A stretch of 64,000 nt of DNA from an uncultured Chloroflexia bacterium (GTDB taxonomy: Bacteria; Chloroflexota; Chloroflexia; Thermomicrobiales; UBA6265). The position numbers and the translations under genes were made by a program. Below, one piece after another: positions 49,314 through 58,971 of this stretch. The stretch spans positions 320,001 to 384,000 of the forward strand of contig CAVRUC010000004.1 in assembly GCA_963724295.1 (NCBI GenBank). The letters run 5' to 3'. The first letter of the stretch is position 1. Each line of letters begins with the position of its first letter. The notes under the pieces are model-generated. The model did not search any database. It had not been told where the DNA came from and was given only the letters and a program-made list of their open reading frames with translations.

Positions 49314-50468
49314 ATGACAGTGCCAGTCAAGGCCGGGTTGATTGGGTGCGGCAGCCTGTCGCTGATCGGGATCCTGCCGCAACTCGCTGAGCCAGACGCC
49401 AAGGAGCGGCTCGAGCTGGTGGCCGTCTGTGATGTCAATGAAACCCGCGCCCGCGAGACGGCTGAGCGGTTCGGCGTTGCGGATGCCTACTCCGATCCCC
49501 AGGAGCTGATCGCCCGCGACGATATCGATCTCGTCCTCGTCATCACTCCGATCGAATACCACTATTCCCTGGCCATGGACGCGTTACGCGCCGGCAAGCA
49601 CGTCTACGTACAGAAGACGATGGCGACCACCTACGCCGAAGCGCGCGAGATGGTCGAAACCGCCCGCGAGCGCGGTCTGACGCTGGTTGCCGCCCCCGGT
49701 CAGATGCTGGCCCCGGCCATGCAGGCCATGAAGCAGCTCGTATCGTCCGGCGCGCTGGGCGACGTCTACTGGGCATGGGGCAGCACCGGCGGCTGGTACC
49801 ACGACGAACCGACCCGCCGCGGCGAAGGAGCACTGGGGGCGGTCGATCCGACCTGGTACTACCGGGCGGCGGGTGGTCCCCTGCGCGATGTCACGGTCTA
49901 CGTGCTGCACAGCCTGACCGGGGTGCTGGGACCGGCGCAGCGGGTGACGGCGATGTCCGGCATCCGCAATCCGATGCGGCAGTGGCGGGACAAGCGCATC
50001 CCGGTCGAGGTCGACGACAACTCGCTCCTGCTCCTCGACTTCGGCGGATCGACCTTCGCCATGGCCGGCGGCCACGCCAGCCGTACCGGCGAGCTGGTGC
50101 AGTGGGGATCGATGGGCATCTACGGTTCGGGCGGCGCCATCGAGACGCTGGAGATCGAGCCCCTCTCAGGACATCCGACGCGACTCTCCATCAGCGCGGC
50201 GGACAATGGGGTGGAAACGGCGGAGCTGAAGCGGCTGGACGATGGCACGTACGCCACCGCGGCGTGGCTGCCATACGTGACCGAGACCCACGCTCGCATC
50301 CCGGAACCCCACGTCTACTCCGACATCCTGCATGCGGTCGACTGTATCGAGCGCGGAGAGCATCCGCTCGTCTCCGGCGAGCATGGCGCCCATGTGGTCG
50401 AGATCATCGAGAAGGGATATCTCGCGGCGAAGACTGGTGTTACCCAGGAGCTGGAAAGCCGGTTCTGA
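49314..50468 (+). CDS. Gfo/Idh/MocA oxidoreductase
   Basis: 'GLIGCG', 'GKHVYVQKT', 'GGPLRDVTVY'. Confidence 0.9.
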   Translation: MTVPVKAGLIGCGSLSLIGILPQLAEPDAKERLELVAVCDVNETRARETAERFGVADAYSDPQELIARDDIDLVLVITPIEYHYSLAMDALRAGKHVYVQKTMATTYAEAREMVETARERGLTLVAAPGQMLAPAMQAMKQLVSSGALGDVYWAWGSTGGWYHDEPTRRGEGALGAVDPTWYYRAAGGPLRDVTVYVLHSLTGVLGPAQRVTAMSGIRNPMRQWRDKRIPVEVDDNSLLLLDFGGSTFAMAGGHASRTGELVQWGSMGIYGSGGAIETLEIEPLSGHPTRLSISAADNGVETAELKRLDDGTYATAAWLPYVTETHARIPEPHVYSDILHAVDCIERGEHPLVSGEHGAHVVEIIEKGYLAAKTGVTQELESRF

Positions 50469-50503
50469 CACGGCACGTTACTTCACGCGGAGCAGCCCAC
50501 GCC

Positions 50504-50594
50504 AGTGTCATCCCGAGGAACGAGGGATCTCGTCTCAACCGAGCGCTCAATAGCTGGGGAGACGAGATTCCTCGCCGCGGCTCGGAATGACACT
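50504..50594. repeat. REP-like palindromic element, copy 2
   Basis: AGTGTCATCCCGAG..CGAGGGATCTCGTC ... GACGAGATTCCTCG..CTCGGAATGACACT. Confidence 0.75.
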
Positions 50595-50641
50595 CAACTC
50601 GCATCGAGCCGCCGGTGGTCGATTGAATGGAACGAGGACTC

Positions 50642-51718
50642 ATGACCCGAACAGTGAAACTCGCGCTCCTTGGTTGCGGCGACGTCGCCCAGCGCGATTA
50701 CCTGCCGGAGATGCACCGACTGGCTGGGCGAGCGGAGCTGGTTGCCGTCTGTGGCCGCACCCCCGAGCGAGTGCGGCACGTCGCGGAGCGGTACGACATC
50801 CCGGCACGGTACGACGACTACCGGTCCATGCTCGCGGAAAGCGATGCCGAGGCGGTGATCAACCTTACCCCTATCCAGCTCCACGCGGAAACCACCCTGG
50901 CGGCGCTGGAGGCCGGAAAGCACGTCTACAGCGAGAAACCGATAACCACCACACTCGATGATGCACTGCGCATCCGCGATGAAGCAGAACGCCGCGGTCT
51001 GACCCTCGTCTGCGCTCCGTCGGTGCTCCTCTTCCCGCAGGTTCGATTCGCGCGGGAGCTGGTCAATAGCGGCCGGATCGGCAAAGTTCACGCCGCGCTT
51101 GGCCGGGGGTATGGCGGCGTTCCCCCATGGAGTGGGTATCCCTCTGATCCCAGCCCGTTCTTTGCCCGCGGCGCGGGACCGCTGGCCGACATGGGGGTCT
51201 ACCCACTGCACGCCATTACCGGCATCCTCGGTCCCGCGAAACGTGTCAGCGCCTTCGCCGCCCAGGCGCGGGACGGCTTCGTCATCGAGGAAGGCCCATT
51301 CGCCGGCAAGCGCGTCCCGATCGAAGTCGCGGACAACTGGCATCTCATGCTCGATCTCGGCGACGAGCGGCTGGCCTCGGTGACCGCCAACAACGTCGCC
51401 CAGGATAGCCGCGCGCCGCAGATGGAGCTCTTCGGGCTGGACGGCACGGTCTCGGTCAATCTGCTCGATGTCTCGGCGCCGGTCGAGACCCTGGTTCCGG
51501 GTGAAGGGTGGACATCCCACTCCATTCCGCACGAGCGGACCGCTGGCCCGGATCACCTGCTCGGCGTCGAGCACCTGGTGGAGTGTCTGTCCAGCGGCAC
51601 GCGCCCCATCCCGAGCATCGACCACGCGATCCACGTCGTCGAGATCATGGAGGCCGCGACCCGCTCCACGGCTACCGGCCGCGCGTTCGACCTGGAGACC
51701 ACGTTCGCTCGAACGTAG
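50642..51718 (+). CDS. Gfo/Idh/MocA oxidoreductase
   Basis: 'ALLGCG', 'GKHVYSEKP', 'GPLADMGVY'. Confidence 0.9.
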   Translation: MTRTVKLALLGCGDVAQRDYLPEMHRLAGRAELVAVCGRTPERVRHVAERYDIPARYDDYRSMLAESDAEAVINLTPIQLHAETTLAALEAGKHVYSEKPITTTLDDALRIRDEAERRGLTLVCAPSVLLFPQVRFARELVNSGRIGKVHAALGRGYGGVPPWSGYPSDPSPFFARGAGPLADMGVYPLHAITGILGPAKRVSAFAAQARDGFVIEEGPFAGKRVPIEVADNWHLMLDLGDERLASVTANNVAQDSRAPQMELFGLDGTVSVNLLDVSAPVETLVPGEGWTSHSIPHERTAGPDHLLGVEHLVECLSSGTRPIPSIDHAIHVVEIMEAATRSTATGRAFDLETTFART

Positions 51719-51845
51719 CGCCCAAGCATCATCTGACGCGAGCGACGCCATTGCCGGCGTCGCCCCAACGACCGCGTCCCGGCTGAAGGCAACGTTCAAC
51801 GAGCCGCAACCCGGTTGGCATCCGATAGCCTCGATTCCGGTCGCC

Positions 51846-53309
51846 TCAATGGCCGCCCACGGCACCGACGTCGGGTAGCTCGCGCCGCCCTTGCTCGAAG
51901 TCCCTGATGCGGCGGAGAAACGCCCACCCCATCAGGACGGACGCCGGCGTGGTTGTCAGCACGAAGGCCAGCCAGACCAGACCCAACCCGCCGTCGAACC
52001 AACGAACGAAGATCCAGGCGAACAGCACCGACAACCACATCGTCGACGCACCGATGATGAGCGGAGTTCGGGTATCCCCGCTGCCGCGCAGAGCGCCGCT
52101 GCTGACGAACCAGAGTGCCCAGAACGGCAGGGCCAGGCTGAGCGCCTTCAGCGCGGCGACACCCGCCGCGATCACCTCTGGATCGGCCGAGAAGAGACCC
52201 ATTGCACGATCGCCGAAGATGAAGGCCAGCACGCCGCCAATACCCATCCAGACCAGAGCCCAGCGCAGCGAGATCGTCCAGGCCGTCTTCGCATCGGACG
52301 GTACGCGCGCGCCGATACTCTGGCCGACGAGTGCTGTCGCGGCGATGGAGAAACCGAAAGCGGGCAGCAAGGCGACCGACAAGGCGGTGAAGGCGATCTG
52401 CTGCGCGGCAAGCGCTGACGTGCCGATCAGGGCCACCACGGCGATCAAGGTCATGAAGGCGCCGGAGCTGAGGACCTGTTCGACAGCGGCCGGCACCCCG
52501 AGCGTGAGCAGCTGTCTGGCGATCGGGAATTTGGGTCGCCACCCCCAACCGCCATGCAGTGAGATCGCCTTTCGCCCGCGTGCCATCGCGAAGAGCATGT
52601 AGGCGGCGCCGATGCCGCGACCCGCCGCAGCGCCAATCGCGCTGCCTGCGACCCCAAGCGCCGGGAAGCCGAGGTGCCCAAAGATCAAGACGTAGGCGAC
52701 GACGACGTTGACGACGTTGGCTATGACCGCGGCCGCCAGCGGCGTACGACTGTCACCAGCGCCGCGCAGCACGGCGCCGCAGACGAATGAGAGAAACAGC
52801 GCCACGCTGGTCGCGGCAGTGATCTGCAAGTAGATCGTCGCGGCGGCGGCGACATCTGACTCGGTACCGAAGAGCGCGATGATCGATGGTGCGGAGTAGT
52901 ACATGGCGACCGAAACCGGGACCGCCAGTAAGAGTCCCCAGACGATGGCCTGCCGCGCGAGGTGATTGGCGCGATGGCGCTCTCCGGCGCCAATGGCCTG
53001 CGAGACGAGAACCGTGGCCCCGATATCGATCGCGGAGAGGATCGAGATGATGAAAAAGACGATCTCGAACCCGGTGCCCACCCCGGCAACGGCTGCCGCG
53101 CCCAGGCGAGCCACCATAAAGGTGTCGACAGCCGCGACCATGGTCTGCAGCAGGTTTTCGCCGATGATCGGCGTTGCCAGCGTCAGCACGCGCCGCTGCG
53201 TCATCGGCTCGTGTTGCGGCTCGTCCAGTTGCGACGACCTTTCATAAGGAAGCAAAGGCGTGGCGTCGATCTCAGTGGCTTCGAGCACACTATCGATTGT
53301 CGCGTTCAT
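51846..53309 (-). CDS. MATE family efflux transporter
   Basis: 'VDTFMVARLG', 'LRGAGDSRTPL', 'LRGSGDTRTPL'; ~12 TM helices. Confidence 0.93.
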   Translation of the reverse strand: MNATIDSVLEATEIDATPLLPYERSSQLDEPQHEPMTQRRVLTLATPIIGENLLQTMVAAVDTFMVARLGAAAVAGVGTGFEIVFFIISILSAIDIGATVLVSQAIGAGERHRANHLARQAIVWGLLLAVPVSVAMYYSAPSIIALFGTESDVAAAATIYLQITAATSVALFLSFVCGAVLRGAGDSRTPLAAAVIANVVNVVVAYVLIFGHLGFPALGVAGSAIGAAAGRGIGAAYMLFAMARGRKAISLHGGWGWRPKFPIARQLLTLGVPAAVEQVLSSGAFMTLIAVVALIGTSALAAQQIAFTALSVALLPAFGFSIAATALVGQSIGARVPSDAKTAWTISLRWALVWMGIGGVLAFIFGDRAMGLFSADPEVIAAGVAALKALSLALPFWALWFVSSGALRGSGDTRTPLIIGASTMWLSVLFAWIFVRWFDGGLGLVWLAFVLTTTPASVLMGWAFLRRIRDFEQGRRELPDVGAVGGH

Positions 53310-53422
53310 GAACCCTCTCAGCTTGGTGAACCTGGACCGGCCGCGTGAATGCCTTCGTCAGGGCAACCACGCGGCCGGTATCCCGGGATTGTGCTTCTCG
53401 GACTGTGGCTCGAACGTCTGGC

Positions 53423-53803
53423 CTAACAGTCCCCGGCGGCGCAGGGCTGCGCCGTGGCTGGCGCACTCGTTCCCCGGGCCAGGACCACCATGCCGGCGTA
53501 CGGCTGCGAAAGTCCGCCCGCCCGCGCATTCGGAATCGCTTGTGACTCCTCCGCGGGTAGAGGACGTAGCCAGGTCTCGACCAGTGCGGGAGACCTGACA
53601 CCGTCAACCGAGAGGGGCCGGGGCAAGAGGCGCTGTCGAAACGCGGTGACCAGTCGTGAGATGGTGAATCGTGTCGCCGGAATGCGAAGGCCATCACCGC
53701 GCTGTCGCGCCGCCTGAATTAGCCGCGCCCGGTCGGCCTCACGGAATCGACGCTGCTGCAGCTCTCTGGCGTGGACTTCGAGATCCCAAGTACTGTGGTT
53801 CAT
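53423..53803 (-). CDS. Small hypothetical protein
   Basis: GGAGAGG RBS; 'MNHSTWDLEVHARELQQRRFREADRARLIQAAR'. Confidence 0.55.
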   Translation of the reverse strand: MNHSTWDLEVHARELQQRRFREADRARLIQAARQRGDGLRIPATRFTISRLVTAFRQRLLPRPLSVDGVRSPALVETWLRPLPAEESQAIPNARAGGLSQPYAGMVVLARGTSAPATAQPCAAGDC

Positions 53804-53881
53804 GACCCAACCTCTCCGCGTAATCGGCGCCGGCCGTGGGGGTGACGACCCGTGTGGCACACTTCCGGTTTGGGGGCGAAA

Positions 53882-53893
53882 GAACATGTGTTC
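53882..53893. promoter_or_regulatory. LexA (SOS) box candidate GAAC-N4-GTTC
   Basis: AAGAACATGTGTTCTT in the divergent intergenic region upstream of the WYL gene. Confidence 0.55.
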
Positions 53894-53921
53894 TTTCTCT
53901 GGTACCATCGTATCGTCGAAT

Positions 53922-53940
53922 GCGGACAGGGAAGGTCCGC
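53922..53940. promoter_or_regulatory. Palindromic operator candidate GCGGAC-N7-GTCCGC
   Basis: Inverted repeat 60 nt upstream of the WYL regulator. Confidence 0.45.
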
Positions 53941-54000
53941 TTTCGTCGCCGCTCTGAAACTCGAGAGAATCGGGCGTAGCAACTTCGGAGGGGCGGAGAC

Positions 54001-55014
54001 GTGTACCACCCGACGACACGCGTTCTCGCGGTCCTGGAGCTGCTTCAGGCTCGTGGCCGGCTGTCCGGTCCGGAGCTGGCGGAGCGGTTGGAGGTCGATC
54101 TCCGCACGGTCCGCCGCTACGTCACGATGCTGCAGGATCTCGGTATCCCGGTCGAAGCCGAGCGCGGCCGTCACGGCGGATACCGGCTACGGCCAGGGTT
54201 TCGCCTCCCCCCGCTCGTCTTCTCGGACGACGAAGCGCTGGCCTTGACTCTTGGCTTGCTCTCAGCGCGCCGGCTGGGTCTGGTGACGAATGCGGCGACG
54301 GTCGAGGGAGCGCTCGCCAAGCTCGATCGCGCCTTGCCACCCGACGTGCGCGCCCGCGTGTCGGCGGTCCAGGAGACGCTCACCATCGATCAGGCCCGCG
54401 GTCAAGCTATCCCGGCGACCACGACGGTCATGGCGCTTGCGGCGGCGGTTCAGGACTCCCGCCGCGTGCTCATGCGCTATGAATCGGCGAAAGGTGAAGC
54501 TACCGAGCGCCTGGTCGACCCCTACGGTCTGGTCCACATGGTGAGTCGCTGGTACGCACCGGGGTATTGCCATCTGCGAGCTGATTTACGCCTGTTCCGG
54601 CTCGACCGGGTTCGCGGTGTCGACGTGCTGGACGTGACGTTCGAGCGGCCGGTGGACTTCGACCCGCTGGCCTTCGTCCAGGACGCATTAGCGGTGGCGC
54701 CGAGCGCCTGGCACATCGAAGCCCTCCTCCAGACCAGCCTCGAAGAGGCGAGACGCGTCGTCCCGCTCCATGAAGCCACGCTCGAACCGGCCGGCGATGG
54801 CGTCATCATCCGGCTCAACCTCGAGTGTCTCGACGAAGCAGCGCGCTATCTCATCCAACTCGGCTGCCCGTTTCTGGTCAGACAGCCGGACGAGTTGCGG
54901 ACCGTGCTGCGTGCATTGGCCGCCGAGATCGTGCAAGCGGCGGAGCCGGACGTAGACGGCAAGACGGCAAGACGGCAAGACGGCAGACGGCAAGACGGCA
55001 GAGGAGACGGCTAG
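54001..55014 (+). CDS. YafY-like HTH-WYL transcriptional regulator
   Basis: 'ELAERLEVDLRTVRRY', 'VDPYGLV...RWYAPGYC...RLFRLDRV'. Confidence 0.93.
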   Translation: MYHPTTRVLAVLELLQARGRLSGPELAERLEVDLRTVRRYVTMLQDLGIPVEAERGRHGGYRLRPGFRLPPLVFSDDEALALTLGLLSARRLGLVTNAATVEGALAKLDRALPPDVRARVSAVQETLTIDQARGQAIPATTTVMALAAAVQDSRRVLMRYESAKGEATERLVDPYGLVHMVSRWYAPGYCHLRADLRLFRLDRVRGVDVLDVTFERPVDFDPLAFVQDALAVAPSAWHIEALLQTSLEEARRVVPLHEATLEPAGDGVIIRLNLECLDEAARYLIQLGCPFLVRQPDELRTVLRALAAEIVQAAEPDVDGKTARRQDGRRQDGRGDG

Positions 55015-55089
55015 ACTGGTAGCCGGTAGCTGGTAGCTGGTAGAACGATCCTCCGACATCCGACGTCCGACGTCCGACCTCCGACCTCC
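54954..55089. repeat. Three blocks of short tandem repeats (GACGGCAA, TGGTAGC, TCCGACG)
   Basis: Directly visible at the convergent junction; the first block lies inside the WYL 3' end. Confidence 0.75.
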
Positions 55090-55123
55090 AGTGCCTGGGG
55101 ACGACACCCTCTGGTGCCCCGCT

Positions 55124-56062
55124 CTAGGCGCGGGCGACGGCCGGCCGCGGCAGTGGCGACATGACTGTGTCCGGATCGAGACGGTGCAGCAGATCGAGGC
55201 CGAGCTTCGCCCGGCGCAATCGCTCCCTGGTCAGGGAGACCGCTGTGGCCTCGAGATGAGTCCCGCTGGGATAGATGTTCGGCGCGTTGCGTAGACCAAA
55301 TTTGAGATAGACCGGCGCCGTGACACGCACGATCTCCGCGATCTCGTAGTGGCGGATGAACCCACCGACGTCGTCGGGGACCTCGATGTAGATATCGAGC
55401 GGCATCGTCGTCGCCGCGCGCAACGCGGCAAGCTGGGCCAGGCTGAGATCTGTCGGAACGTTGAAGGTGGTCAGACCGAGCCGTTCCAGGTTCCGCACCG
55501 AGACCGGGTTGGCGGCCCCCAGCATGACCGAGCCCTTGAGAATGAGGCTCGGCGGCAGCTCGCCGGCGCGCTTCATCTCACCCAGCACTTCGAGCAAACC
55601 TTCATCGGTCACCAGCACGCTCTCGATGCCGTGCTCGCAAGCGCGCCGTACGTCCTCCACCGCCTGCACCAGTTGATCGGCGCCCCGCACCTTGGGAGCG
55701 ACGATGCGGCCAGCCGTGGTGTAGGCCATGGCGCCCGTGTCCCAACCGGCGCGCGGCCCGACAAAGAGGCTGACCTCGATGCCTCGTTCCGCGGCGATCT
55801 CCCGCATCTGATCCAGCTCGTCGTCGGTGAGGAGCATGACGCCGCTGCCCTGGCTGACCCGGTGCACCGGCACTCCCAGCTCATCGGCGCTCTCGAAGAC
55901 GGCTCGCAGCGCATGCGGCCCCTCGACCGATGGGATCTCGACCCGCCACTGTCCGCCATCGGGAAATCGCCGCGTCGAGCTGGGCAGATCGTGCAAGTCT
56001 CTCGCCGGCAGTCCCATACCCTCCAGGAACCGCCGTGTCCGCTCCATTCCGCTGCTTTCCAT
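55124..56062 (-). CDS. U32-peptidase-like TIM-barrel protein
   Basis: 'RVEIPSVEGP', 'HRVSQGSG', 'PLDIYIEVPD', 'APVYLKFGLRN'; family assigned from memory. Confidence 0.6.
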   Translation of the reverse strand: MESSGMERTRRFLEGMGLPARDLHDLPSSTRRFPDGGQWRVEIPSVEGPHALRAVFESADELGVPVHRVSQGSGVMLLTDDELDQMREIAAERGIEVSLFVGPRAGWDTGAMAYTTAGRIVAPKVRGADQLVQAVEDVRRACEHGIESVLVTDEGLLEVLGEMKRAGELPPSLILKGSVMLGAANPVSVRNLERLGLTTFNVPTDLSLAQLAALRAATTMPLDIYIEVPDDVGGFIRHYEIAEIVRVTAPVYLKFGLRNAPNIYPSGTHLEATAVSLTRERLRRAKLGLDLLHRLDPDTVMSPLPRPAVARA

Positions 56063-56147
56063 CCGGCCCCCCAGTTCGTTCGTCATCGCTCGCAACCGGC
56101 ATTCTACGGTTGACACGGGACGAGTAGCGGCAGCCATGCCCCACTCG

Positions 56148-57044
56148 TCAAGACCCTGGTTGAACGGAGCGAATGACTCTCCCGTACCGCTGCCGCAGGT
56201 TGCGATCACGCCGGACCTCGTGCAGCGCGAGCAAGGCGACGAGTGTCAGCAGCACCAGACAGCTGAGCACCCACATGTGGGGAATGAGTGCGGATCCGAC
56301 CACGAGCACAGTAGTGAGAAGGATGAACACGATGGCGAGGAAGATGTAAGCGCAGGCATCGTCATCGCAGTCAGGCATCGAGATCTCGGGCGCTGGTCCG
56401 AAGTTCAGATATTCACGGGTAATGTAGTAGGCACGGGAGCCGACATACCCGTAGTCGACGCTCTGCTCCGCCGGCGGCAACTGACCACTCTCGGTTGGCG
56501 GAACCTGCTCGGTCATGTAGATGCCGAGAAAGAGCGCCACCGCAAACCCCGCGAACGCGGTCAGCATGATCCAGGTCGGGGTCCGGTACAACCGGTTGTT
56601 GTACCAGTCGGTCCTCCGTGCGAAGGCAAACACCAGGAGGGCGAGAGCGATGGCCGCAACGCCGACCGGCATCCAACCGAACCACATCGCATTGGTCAGC
56701 TTTCCGTAATAGAAGATGCACCAGACATAGATCAGAGCCGAGATCGACGCGCCCAGGAGCAGGATGTGCGGGCGGGAGATCGTGCGTTGCTGCAGCTCTC
56801 TCCATTCATCCTGGAGATCGTCAGTGAGAAACTCCGGATGCGGACTGGTAATGTTGGGCAGCAGGACACCGGGAATCAGGATCGTGCTGGTAATGGTCAA
56901 CACCACCAGCGCGAGGATGAAAACGATGCGCCACGTCTCTAGCGGCAACCGGTGCCCCATGAAGAGCGCGGTCGACGCCAGACCGGCCAGAAGCGAGATA
57001 CCGAAGAGCACGAGCGCGGCCTTCCTGAAAAAGGCCCACGGCAT
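56148..57044 (-). CDS. Multi-pass membrane protein, hypothetical
   Basis: About seven hydrophobic segments; 'PDCDDDAC' loop. Confidence 0.7.
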   Translation of the reverse strand: MPWAFFRKAALVLFGISLLAGLASTALFMGHRLPLETWRIVFILALVVLTITSTILIPGVLLPNITSPHPEFLTDDLQDEWRELQQRTISRPHILLLGASISALIYVWCIFYYGKLTNAMWFGWMPVGVAAIALALLVFAFARRTDWYNNRLYRTPTWIMLTAFAGFAVALFLGIYMTEQVPPTESGQLPPAEQSVDYGYVGSRAYYITREYLNFGPAPEISMPDCDDDACAYIFLAIVFILLTTVLVVGSALIPHMWVLSCLVLLTLVALLALHEVRRDRNLRQRYGRVIRSVQPGS

Positions 57045-57199
57045 CTCCACGTCACGCTCTCCTGGCTCGATCGTTCTATCGACACGGCGGACGAAGGACT
57101 GTCCGGCCGTGCGTCCAATAGTGGACGACGTTGCGCCGACTCGCCACGACAGCACCTCGTGCAGGGAAGCAATTACAGCCGAATGCGGGAGATGAGACG

Positions 57200-57670
57200 A
57201 TGACCGAGGAGAGAACCAGTCGCGACGCTCCAGCCGACGTACACGCGCTCCTCGAGCGCATCGAGGAGGCCTGGCGCCAGCTGTTTGCCGTGCTCGACGA
57301 CATCCCCGAGGAGCGGCTGAGTGATCCCGGGGTGATCGGTGAGTGGTCGCTGAAGGACCTCTTCGGGCATCTCGCCTTCTGGGACGAGCACGCCACGGAG
57401 GAGATCGAGCGCGCCCTGGCCGGTCTCCCCCGCGAAGACAATGCCTGGCAGGAGATGAACGAGACCGATCACGCCGCGCGCCAGGACCGCACGCTTCCCG
57501 AGCAGCGGTCCGCGATGCACCAGGCACACGCCGCGCTCGTGGAGCGCCTCGAAAGCGTGGCCGGCATCGAGGCGGCGCGCATCGACGAGGCCATCCGCCC
57601 CGATACCTACGAGCATTACCTGGATCACATCAAGGACATTCAATCCTGGCGGCAACGCGCGGACGTCTGA
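57200..57670 (+). CDS. DinB/ClbS/DfsB-like four-helix-bundle protein
   Basis: 'GEWSLKDLFGHLAFWD', 'YEHYLDH'. Confidence 0.85.
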   Translation: MTEERTSRDAPADVHALLERIEEAWRQLFAVLDDIPEERLSDPGVIGEWSLKDLFGHLAFWDEHATEEIERALAGLPREDNAWQEMNETDHAARQDRTLPEQRSAMHQAHAALVERLESVAGIEAARIDEAIRPDTYEHYLDHIKDIQSWRQRADV

Positions 57671-57730
57671 GCTAACCCCGCCTGGTAACCTCGCAAGTCG
57701 GTCGCGTTCCAGACGTGTAGCATCTGGCGC

Positions 57731-58822
57731 ATGACTGAGCCGGCACCCGAGCCCGATCGAGAAACCTCACGCGGCCGACGGCGCTGGTGGACGATCGCGT
57801 TGCTTGTTGTCGCGCTGCTCGTGGCAGCGGGCGCAGTGTTGTGGCTACGCCAGGGCACTACCCTCCCGCCACTGGCGCCAACGTCGGTCGCCGGTCCTCC
57901 TCTTCCCGGCGACACGCCGGAACTCAACGCGCCACTGCCCGTCACCGGGGTCTTCATCGAACCGGGTGACGGTCGTGCCCCGATCCTCGATGAAATGGAT
58001 GCCGCGCGGCACTCGATCGACCTGGAGGTCTATATCCTCACCGACGACGCGATCCTGCAGTCGCTGGAGGACGCGCAGCGGCGCGGGGTCGAGGTTCGGG
58101 TCATCCTCGAGGAGCACCCGTTTGGCGGTGGCGGCGGCCAGGAGGAGGTGTTTGCTCGCCTCGAAAGCGCGGGGATCGCGGTCCGCTGGGGAAACCCGGT
58201 CTTCCGCTTCAGTCACATCAAGGCGATGATCGTCGACGACGCGGTGGCCATCATCATGAATCAGAATCTGACCCAGTCAGCATTCGCGACGAACCGGGAG
58301 TTCGGGGTGGTGACCAACCGGCCTGATGCCGTGCGGGCCGCGGCGGCGATCTTCGTCGCCGACTGGAGCAGAGGGGTGGAGCCCGATCCCGGACCGCTCG
58401 TCGTCAGCCCCACGAACGCGCGTGAGCAGCTTCTTGCCTTAGTGGATAGCGCGCGGGTCTCGCTCGATCTCTACGCCGAGGTGCTGCGCGATCCGCAGCT
58501 GCTCGACGCCCTGGCGTCCGCCGCGGAGCGCGGCGTGCGCGTCCGCATCATCACCTCGCCGTCCGCCGATTTTGGCGCTGAGATGGATGCGCTGGCCGCG
58601 TCCGGGGTCGATATCCGGCTCTCGAGCAGTCTCTACATCCATGCCAAGCTGATCGTCGTCGACGGCGAGCGCGCCTTCGTCGGCTCGCAGAATCTCTCCG
58701 CAACCTCACTCGATCAGAACCGCGAGCTTGGCATCGTCGTCGACGACCCGGTAAACCTGTCTCGTCTCACCCGCACCTTCGCCATCGATTTCCGCGCCGC
58801 AACGCCCCCGGAGAGGCCATGA
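57731..58822 (+). CDS. Phospholipase D-family protein (two HKD motifs), membrane-anchored
   Basis: 'HIKAMIVD' and 'HAKLIVVD...GSQN...NRELG'. Confidence 0.9.
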   Translation: MTEPAPEPDRETSRGRRRWWTIALLVVALLVAAGAVLWLRQGTTLPPLAPTSVAGPPLPGDTPELNAPLPVTGVFIEPGDGRAPILDEMDAARHSIDLEVYILTDDAILQSLEDAQRRGVEVRVILEEHPFGGGGGQEEVFARLESAGIAVRWGNPVFRFSHIKAMIVDDAVAIIMNQNLTQSAFATNREFGVVTNRPDAVRAAAAIFVADWSRGVEPDPGPLVVSPTNAREQLLALVDSARVSLDLYAEVLRDPQLLDALASAAERGVRVRIITSPSADFGAEMDALAASGVDIRLSSSLYIHAKLIVVDGERAFVGSQNLSATSLDQNRELGIVVDDPVNLSRLTRTFAIDFRAATPPERP

Positions 58823-58836
58823 GCGATAACGAGCAA

Positions 58837-58968
58837 CCCCTCATCCCCAACCCTTCTCCCCGCTCCGAGGGGAGAAGGGAGAAAGCCCGGCACAGCAGTG
58901 AGCCCCTCGCCCAGCGCACTGGGAGAGGGGTTGGGGTGAGGGTTTTTGCCAGGAGTTGGGGGTGAGGG
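58837..58968. repeat. REP-like composite palindrome (CCCCTCAxCCCC...GGGGTGAGGG type)
   Basis: Outer CCCTCATCCCCAACCC/GGGGTTGGGGTGAGGG arms, inner CCCTTCTCCCC/GGGGAGAAGGG hairpin, extra half copy at 58956-58968. Confidence 0.7.
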
Positions 58969-58971
58969 CTT

